This document shows positions 47,301 to 56,300 of a DNA stretch of 64,000 bases, piece after piece. Under the pieces are notes generated by a model. That model was not told where the DNA came from, did no database searches, and was given only the letters and a program-made list of their open reading frames with translations. The stretch covers positions 40,514 to 104,513 of the forward strand of contig WVZO01000485.1 of assembly GCA_011772425.1 (NCBI GenBank), read 5' to 3'. The stretch comes from Candidatus Aminicenantes bacterium (lineage in GTDB: Bacteria > Acidobacteriota > Aminicenantia > UBA2199). Position 1 is the first letter of the stretch; every line of letters begins with the position of its first letter. The translations under genes and the position numbers were made by a program.

Positions 47301-50300
47301 GAATTTAAAACCCTTTAATTTTTCCACTGAAACCTCTAAATTCGATATGACCCTGTTTGCCCTGGAGGAAAAAAACCGGTTGTCTCTTATCGTGGAGTAC
47401 TGTACAAAACTATTTAAAGAAGCAACCATCGAAAGATTTATCGGGTATTTTAAGAAAATTATTACTGAGATTTTCGGGAATCCGGATAGGAAAATATCGG
47501 GAGTTGAAATTCTGTTTGAAACAGAAAAGAGCCTGATATTGCATGGTTTTAATGAAACTGAAATTACCTATCCAAAAGACAGGACCATCCAGGAGTTATT
47601 TGAAGAGCAGGTGGAAAAGACCCCGGGAAAGATCTCCGTGGTTTTTAAGGATAAGCACATCACTTACAACGAATTAAATATGAAGTCCGATCAATTGGCC
47701 GGGGTATTGAGAAGAAAGGGGGTACGGCCGGATACCATCGTGAGTATGATGGCGGACCGGTCCCTGGAAATGGTGATTGGTATATTGGGTATTTTGAAAG
47801 CTGGCGGCGCTTATTTACCCATAGACCCCGGGTATCCGGAGGAAAGAAAGAAGTTTATGTTCAACGACTGCGATTCCCGGATATTATTGACTCAAAAGAG
47901 TTACCTGGATCATGGTGATTTTGCGAGAATCGTCCTTGATATTGAAAGCGATGAGGCCTTTAGAGGGCAGTCACCAGTAAATCTTGACCATTCCCTTTGC
48001 TCCGATAACCTGGTATATGTAATCTACACCTCCGGGACCACCGGGAAACCCAAGGGTACGCTTACCATGCATTACAATGTCACCCGGGTGGTCAGGGATA
48101 CTAATTACATTGATTTAAACTGGGATGACAGGGTGCTGCAGTTATCCAATTATGCCTTTGATGGCTCGGCCTTTGATATTTACGGTGCCCTGTTGAATGG
48201 GGCAGCACTGGTTATGATTAAGCAGGAGGATATACTGGCGGCAGATATCCTGGCTGATTTGATTAAGAGGGAGAAAATATCGGTTTTCTTTGTAACCACC
48301 GCGTTATTTAATACACTGGTGGATATCGGTATAGAAAGCTTTGATGGCATACGGAAAGTATTATTCGGAGGAGAACGGGTATCGATGGATCATGCCGGCA
48401 GAGCGCTGGAATATTTAGGCAAGGATAGAATCATCCATGTTTATGGTCCCACCGAGACGACGGTTTATGCCAGTTATTATTTTATAGATGAGATCGGTGA
48501 AGATTGGGATACCATTCCTATTGGAAAGCCCCTGGCCAATACCACCGCCTATATTCTCGACAGATACCTGAAGCCTCAGCCTATCGGAGTGCCGGGTGAG
48601 ATATATATCGGGGGAGATGGGTTGGCCCGGGGTTATCTCAACAGACCGGTGTTGACTTCTGAAAAGTTTATTGCCAATCCTTTTGGAGAGGGTGAACTCC
48701 TGTATAAGACAGGAGACCTGGCGATTTGGGATACGGATGGCTGTATCACCTTTTTGGGTCGAATTGATCACCAGGTGAAGATAAGAGGGTTCCGGGTGGA
48801 AATGGGGGAAATCGAGAATCATTTATTAAGTCATGAGAAGGTAAAAGAAGCATTCGTAACGGTATTGGAGGGAAGGGGAGGAAGTTCCGGTGGTTCCGGG
48901 GAAGGAGATAGACGTCTTTGTGCATATATTGTGCCCTCATTATCAACGACTGAGCTCGATGTATCCGCACTCAAAGAGTTTTTATCCGGGGAGTTGCCTG
49001 TTTATATGATTCCCACTTATTTTGTGCCGTTGGACAAATTACCCCTGACTCCCAATGGAAAAGTGGACAAGAAGGCTTTGCCTATCCCGGAGTCAGTGGA
49101 AACCGGCAAAGAATATTCTGCTCCCCGGAACCAATTAGAGAGAAAATTGGTGGGATTCTGGTCGAAATTATTGGACGTTGATGGAGGTAAAATCGGGATC
49201 GACGATGACTTTTTCGACCTGGGCGGTCATTCGCTGAAGGCAACGGTATTAATATCGCGAATACAACGGGAGCTGGATGTAAATGTACCGCTGAAAAACA
49301 TCTTCGAAATGCCCACTATAAGGGAACTGGCGCAATACATAAAAGATGCTGTGGAAGAGCAGTATGTGCCGGTATATCTTGTGGAGGAAAGAGAATATTA
49401 TGACTTATCATATGCCCAGCAGCGGTTATGGGTAATATGCCAGTTTGAGAACGAATCCACCGCTTATAATATGCCGGAAGCATTTTTGCTTTCCGGCCGC
49501 TTGAACATCGAATCCCTTGAACAGGCACTACAAAACCTGGTGAAAAGACATGAAAGCGTGAGAACTGTTTTTATCAGGGTGGAGGGCAAACCCAAACAAA
49601 AAATATTTCACGAGTTTTCCTTTGTCCTGGAAAAAGCGGATTTACGTCAGCTCCGGTTACCTGTAAAAAATGAAAAGGTATTGGAAATTACAAATGCCTA
49701 TGCCAATCAGACCTTTGACTTGGAAAAGGGCCCCCTATTCAAAGCAAAACTGGTTCGATTGGAAGATGAAAAAAACTTACTTATTTTCAATATGCATCAT
49801 ACCATTAGTGATGGGTGGTCGTTGGGCATCATGCATAGGGAAATATTCACCTTATATAATGCCTTTTCAAAGGGGAATAAAAACTCTCTTTCACCGGTGG
49901 GGTTGCAGTATAAAGATTATACATTATGGCACAATGAGCAGGTAGAAAAGGGTTGTTATGAAGCAGACAGGCAGTATTGGCTGGAAAAGTTAAAAGACAG
50001 GCCCAACGGTATCGAATTGCCCCTGGATCATCCCAGGAGACCGGTGCAGACCTTTAACGGAGGAAATGTCTATTTTACTATTAAACCTGGAGTAAAATCG
50101 AAGTTTCACCGGTTAAACCGTGAGAAGGAAACTACGATTTTTATGAACTTCTTCACCCTGTTCAGTATATTTATGTCTAAATATACCGGGCAGCAGGATA
50201 TTGTTTTCGGTTCACCCATTGCCGGTCGAAAGCACCCGGAATTGAGAGATTTGATCGGTTTCCTGGTAAATACCCTGGTATTACGTGCTTATATAAACCC

Positions 50301-53300
50301 GGAGGAGAGTTTCACGGCACTGCTTGAAGAAGGCCGGCAGGAGACCCTGGATTCCTATGAACACCAGGATTATCCCTTTAATCTCCTGGTTGAACAATTG
50401 GGCCTGGATCGTGATGTCAGCCAATCTCCCCTGTTCAATGTAATGGTTGCTCACATTAACCTGGGGAAACAGGAAGACAAACTGTTGATGGACGGGATTA
50501 CCCTTGAAGATTCCTCTGAACTTGAGAATTTTAACATGAGTGCCTTTGATTTGATATTTTTTATGGAGGAGGTGGAGGACCATATAAATTGTATATTCAA
50601 TTATAATAGCGATTTATTCGAAGCGGCTACAATCGAACGTATGTCCGTTAATTTCTTAACGTTCCTGGAAAATGCCGTCGATAACCCGGATTTACCGGTC
50701 TCGCAATTGAGTGTGATCGCTGAGGCGGAATCTCGAAAGATAATATGCGAGTTCAATGAAAACCAGCAGGAGTTTCCGTCCCTGACACTCCAGGAGCTCT
50801 TTGAACACCAGGTGGAAAAATCCCCGGGGAAAACAGCCGTTGTTTATTATAAGGATGAAATCACCTATAACGATTTAAATAAGAAAGCCAATCGATTGGC
50901 CCATTACCTAAGAGACCAGTATGGTGTGGGAAAAGGTAAGATTATCGGCATATGTATCGACCGCAGCATCGAGATGGTAACAGCCCTGTTGGGAATCATT
51001 AAAGCCGGGGCGGGTTATGTGGCCATTGATCCCACTTACCCGGAAGATCGCGTATTACATATGCTCAATGATAGTCAGGCTGATTTATTAATCATTGACA
51101 AATTAAGGCCCCACCTGTTTGCAAACTATAAAGGGAAAATGATTGATATCCATTCGGGTTGGACGGATATCTCGTTAAAATCCACTGAAAATCCGGAACT
51201 GATCAATGATTTTTCCGATATCTTGTATGTGATATACACTTCCGGTTCAACCGGGACCCCCAATGGTGCGATGCTGTCTCAGGGGATTTTATCCAATCTT
51301 ATCCAGTGGCAGGAAAATAACACTTCTATCGACGCTTCCGGGCCCTGCTTACAATTTACCTCCGTGAATTTTTGTGTCTCCTTCCAGGAGATAATGATTA
51401 CGCTGACCTCCGGGGGAGAAGTCCACCTGATTGACGATATTGAACGGCGTGATATCGATTATTTAATGGATTTTCTTTCAGAGCATAAAATTGAGTTGTT
51501 GTACTTGCCCTTTTCCTATCTTAATTTTCTATTTAATGAATCCAGCCGATGGGGAGAGAGTTTTAAGCATGAATTAAAGCATATTATCACTGCCGGTGAG
51601 CAATTAAAAATAACCAGGGGATTAAAGGAGTTCCTGGAGTGCAATCGACATATAAAACTGCACAATCATTACGGTTCATCGGAGATGCATGTGGTTACTT
51701 CGTACACCATGGATTATACCGAAGCGGATACCCGTCCCGTTCCACCGGCGGGAAAGCCCATTGCCAACACGAGGATATTTATCCTGGATGAACACCGTAA
51801 TCCCGTACCTATCGGCGTTTGGGGAGAATTGTGCATTGAAGGCAGTTGGGAAGTGGCAGGATATATTAATAACAGAGAACTTACCGATAAGAAGCTTATA
51901 TCCCACCCTGTTTTAAATGAAGGCAATAAACATCTTTATTGTTCCGGCGATATTGGGCGTTGGCTGCCGGACGGCAATATAGAATTGAGGGGAAGAAAAG
52001 ACACGCAGGTTAAAGTTCGGGGTTTCAGGGTAGAACTCAGTGAGATAGAGAGTAAAATATTAGCTGTAGAGGGAGTAAACGATTGTGTGGCAGTCGTGAA
52101 ATCGGATGAGAAGGGAGAGAAATACCTGGCCGCTTATGTGGTGGTGGAAGAGGTTGATGTGGGTGAAATTAAAAAGCAGCTCAACAATTATTTACCCCAG
52201 TACATGATACCCAAATTATTGGTACTGGATAAATTGCCTCTTATGCACAATGGAAAAGTGGATCGAGATAGGTTACCCGACCCGGAAACAATGGTAAAGG
52301 CTATTTATGATATTAAACCGGGTACGGTTTCTTCTTTATTACGTTCAGGGGATTTTCAACCGCAGGAATGGCAAAATATATCGCTCCTGGATGCGGATAA
52401 ATCTACAGTGGAAAAGGTGATTGCCTATTTTACCTCCCTGGTCCGGGATCAATTTCTTGATGAGACCGTTGGGGTGAGCCAGATCGATATTAATGTGCTT
52501 ACCGGGAAGGATAAGGAACGGTTATTGTCGGAGGCGGGTGAACCCGGGGTGTCGTCAAGCCATGACCGAACACTGCAGGGGTTTTTTGAAGAGCAGGTTA
52601 GCGAAACGCCGCGCAATATTGCTGTTATAGAGTATATGGAATGCTCTACTCTCACCTACGAAGAATTAAATAAAAGGTCTAATCAATTAGCCCATCTCTT
52701 AAGAAGAAAAGGCGTTCAACCGGGCACTGTGGTGGGAGTGATGATAAAACCTGGCATAGAGATGATTATCGGGATAGCCGCTGTTTTAAAGGCGGGAGGC
52801 GGTTACCTGGCCGTGGACCGGGACCTTTCATCAGACGAAGCGATTGCATTGTTAAAAGAGAACAATGTCTCAATGGTGTTGAGCAGCACCGCTGCCATGG
52901 GTAAACATCCTTTTAAAAAATTCCTGGGATTTGCAACAAACGGGGTAGAACCTCATATTTCCTGCATCCGCCAGCAGATCACTGATTTTAACGGTTTACC
53001 CATTCCTGACCGGTCGCTGGTGGATTATGAAAAGTACGGTAAAAATATCGGTTTGGCCATGGCTAAGCATACCATTACGCTGCAAGCCACCCGAGGTTGT
53101 CCTTATAATTGCCTTTATTGTCATAAAATCTGGCCGAAAAAACATGTGATTCGTTCGGCGGAAAATATTTACCAGGAGCTTAAGCTTTACTACGACATGG
53201 GCGTTCGCCGGTTTGTGTTTGTGGATGATATTTTTAACCTGGATATGGAAAACAGCAAGAAATTCTTCGAAGCCATCATTGCCAACGGCCTGGAGGTTCA

Positions 53301-56300
53301 GCTTTTCTTTCCCAACGGCTTACGCAGCGATCTGTTAACCAGAGATTATATTGACCTGATGGTAAAGGCAGGAACGGTTTCGCTGGGGTTGGCCCTGGAG
53401 ACCGCCTCGCCCCGGCTGCAAAAGTTGATTAAAAAGAACCTGAACCTGGAGAAACTCCATGAAAACCTAAAGTATCTTTGCTCCCATTATCCCCAGGTGA
53501 TCGTAGAGCTTTTCTTGATGCACGGTTTTCCCACTGAAACCGAAGAAGAAGCCCGGATGACTTTAGATTTCCTTAAAAGTCTCAAGTGGATCGATTTTCC
53601 CTATTTTCATATCCTGAAGATTTATCCCCATACGGATATGGCTGAGATGGCGGTACAAAACGGCGTATCGGCAGAGGCCATCGCCCGTTCGGCAGACCTG
53701 GCATATCACCAATTGCCTGAAACCCTTCCCTTTGATAAAAGCGTTACCCTTCGCTTCCAGACTGAATTCTTGAATGACTATTTCCTCCGAAAAGACCGGT
53801 TGTCGGCCAAACTCCCCTATCAAATGAGGGTATTGACAGAAGATGAAATCGTCCAAAAATACAACAGCTACCTGCCGGTGGACATTAAAACCTTTGAAGA
53901 TTTCCTGGATTTTGCCGGCATTTCAAAAGAAGAATTGATAACCCTGGAATTCCTGGATGAGGAAGCGGTATCAACTCCCGGTTTAAATGATAAACTCATG
54001 GATCATTTTCCTGTAAATAAACCGGGTAAGAATGCCTTAAGGATTTTGCTGCTGGATTTATCCCAGTTTTTCAGTGGAGAAAAAGATATTCTTTATGATG
54101 GTGTAGAGCCGCCGTTGGGTTTGATGTACTTGCTGACCTGGTTAAACCGGCAATTGGGAAACAAAATTGCCGGGAAGATTGCCAAATCACGCATCGATTT
54201 TGACAATTATAAGCAATTGAAAGCCCTGCTTGATGAGTTTCAAGCGGATATAATCGGCATACGAACCTTAACCTATTATGGAGATTTCTTCCATAAAACG
54301 GTTTCCCTTATCCGGCAGTGGGGCATCGATGTTCCCATTGTAGCAGGGGGCCCATATGCTACCAGCGATTTCGCCACTATTTTGCAGGACCCCAATGTAG
54401 ATCTGGTGGTATTGAGTGAAGGTGAGTTAACATTTTGTGAATTGATGGAAAAAGTCCTGGAAAATAACGGTGAGCTGCCGGATGACAGTGTGTTAAGAGA
54501 TATCCCCGGGCTCGCTTTTATCCCCGGTACCCATAAAGATGATCGTTACCGTAAAGAGAAGCGGGAAATTCTCCTGTTGGACGAGCTCAGGGATATGTTG
54601 AGTGAAGAGCCGGATAAAAACCCTGAACCTGTTAATGAGCTGACCGATCTGGCTGCTGTCATCTATGGGACTGGTTCAAACCGGCAGCAAGTCAGACTCC
54701 CGGTGTCGCATAAAAATGCAATTCAAATGCTATCCGGGTTAAGGGAAGATTTTTATGCCGGGTACAACAGCAGCGGCGGTGCGGAATTCCCGGTGATGAT
54801 CGGTTCATGGGTATTTAACGGTTCCCTGGAACAACTGTTTGCAGCCCTGCTGCAAGGGGGAACGCTGTGTGTGCCCCCGGGAGATACCCGCATTGATGAT
54901 ATCGGTTTATTGGAGTATTATAAGGAACGGAATAAGGAATCCGCCGGGACTTTCCTACACCTGCGGTTAATGTGGAAAGGCGGTCATAAAGGTATGAAGC
55001 AACTTCCAGGTGAGGAAGATTATACAGCACCCACCAACCAAATAGAAGAAGTTTTAGTGGATATCTGGTCGGAGGTCCTGGGAATAGGCAAAGACATGAT
55101 TGGTATTGATTCCGACTTTTTTGAGGTGGGAGGGCATTCCTTGAAAGCCACTATCGTGGTATCCAAAATACATAAAAAATTCAATGTAAGAGTACCGTTG
55201 GCTGAGATGTTTAAAGCCTCTACCATCCGTGAGTTGGTCCAATATATAACGGAAGCCTCTAAAGTTGAATACACCCACGTGGAGGCAGCGGAGGAGAAGG
55301 AATATTACCCCTTATCTCCGGCACAAAAGCGGTTGTATATTGCGCAGCAATTCGACTTGAAGAGTTCCGGTTACAATTTGCCCCGTATATTTATTCTGGA
55401 GGGAAAACCGGATGCAAAGAAGATGAATGATACCTTTAAGCAAATGATTGAAAGACATGAAAGCTTTCGATCGTCTTTTATAAATGTAAATGATGAGCCG
55501 GTCCAAAAAATCCGTGATCATGTGGAATTTGGAATCGAAGATTATCAGGTTGAAGTTGACGTTCCCATTGAGGAGATAACCCGGGGCTTCATTCGTGCTT
55601 TTGACCTATCGCAGGCACCGCTGCTGCGGGTGGGATTGATGCATATGGGAAAAGAAAAATATATCCTGATGATGGATATGCATCATATCATCACGGACGG
55701 TATTTCCATGGCGATTTTCGTCAACGAATGGATGGCCCTGTACTGTGGAGAGGAATTACCGGCGTTAAAGCTTCATTACAAGGATTATTCGGAGTGGCAA
55801 GGGCGGTTGTGGAAAAATGACTCCCAGGCTCTGGAAAGCCAGGAAAACTTCTGGTTGAAGCAGTTTGAAGGTGAAATATCCGCATTGACTCTCCCATTGG
55901 ACTACGAGAGACCGGGCGTATTTCAGTTTGAAGGGAAGCAATACATTTTTGAAATAGGCAAAGAAGAGACAGAGGCATTAAGAAACGTGATAAAAGAGGA
56001 AGATGTAACTCTTTTTATGTTTTTGCTTGCGGTTTTTTATGTTTTGTTGGCAAAAACCAGTGGTCAGGGGGACATCGTGGTGGGAATCCCGGTGATGGGA
56101 CGAAGGCATGCCGATTTTCAGTCGATAATCGGGATGTTCGTCAACTCCCTGGCCTTGAGGAATTACCCCGAAGCAAAGAAAACCTTCAAAGAATTCTTAA
56201 TGGAGTTAAAAGAAAGAGCTTTGAAGGCATTTGATAACCAGGACTACCAGTTTGATGAATTAGTGGATAGGTTGGATATTGAACGGAAACCCAATCGAAA

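Noticed and set aside
52290-55140. Reading the T-less A3 plus truncated A shell of g9 as a pseudogene or frameshifted region
   Set aside because: The frame is continuous through the whole segment. The cassette keeps all its hallmark motifs, and intact T and C domains follow. I therefore treat it as a remodelled module rather than a pseudogene.
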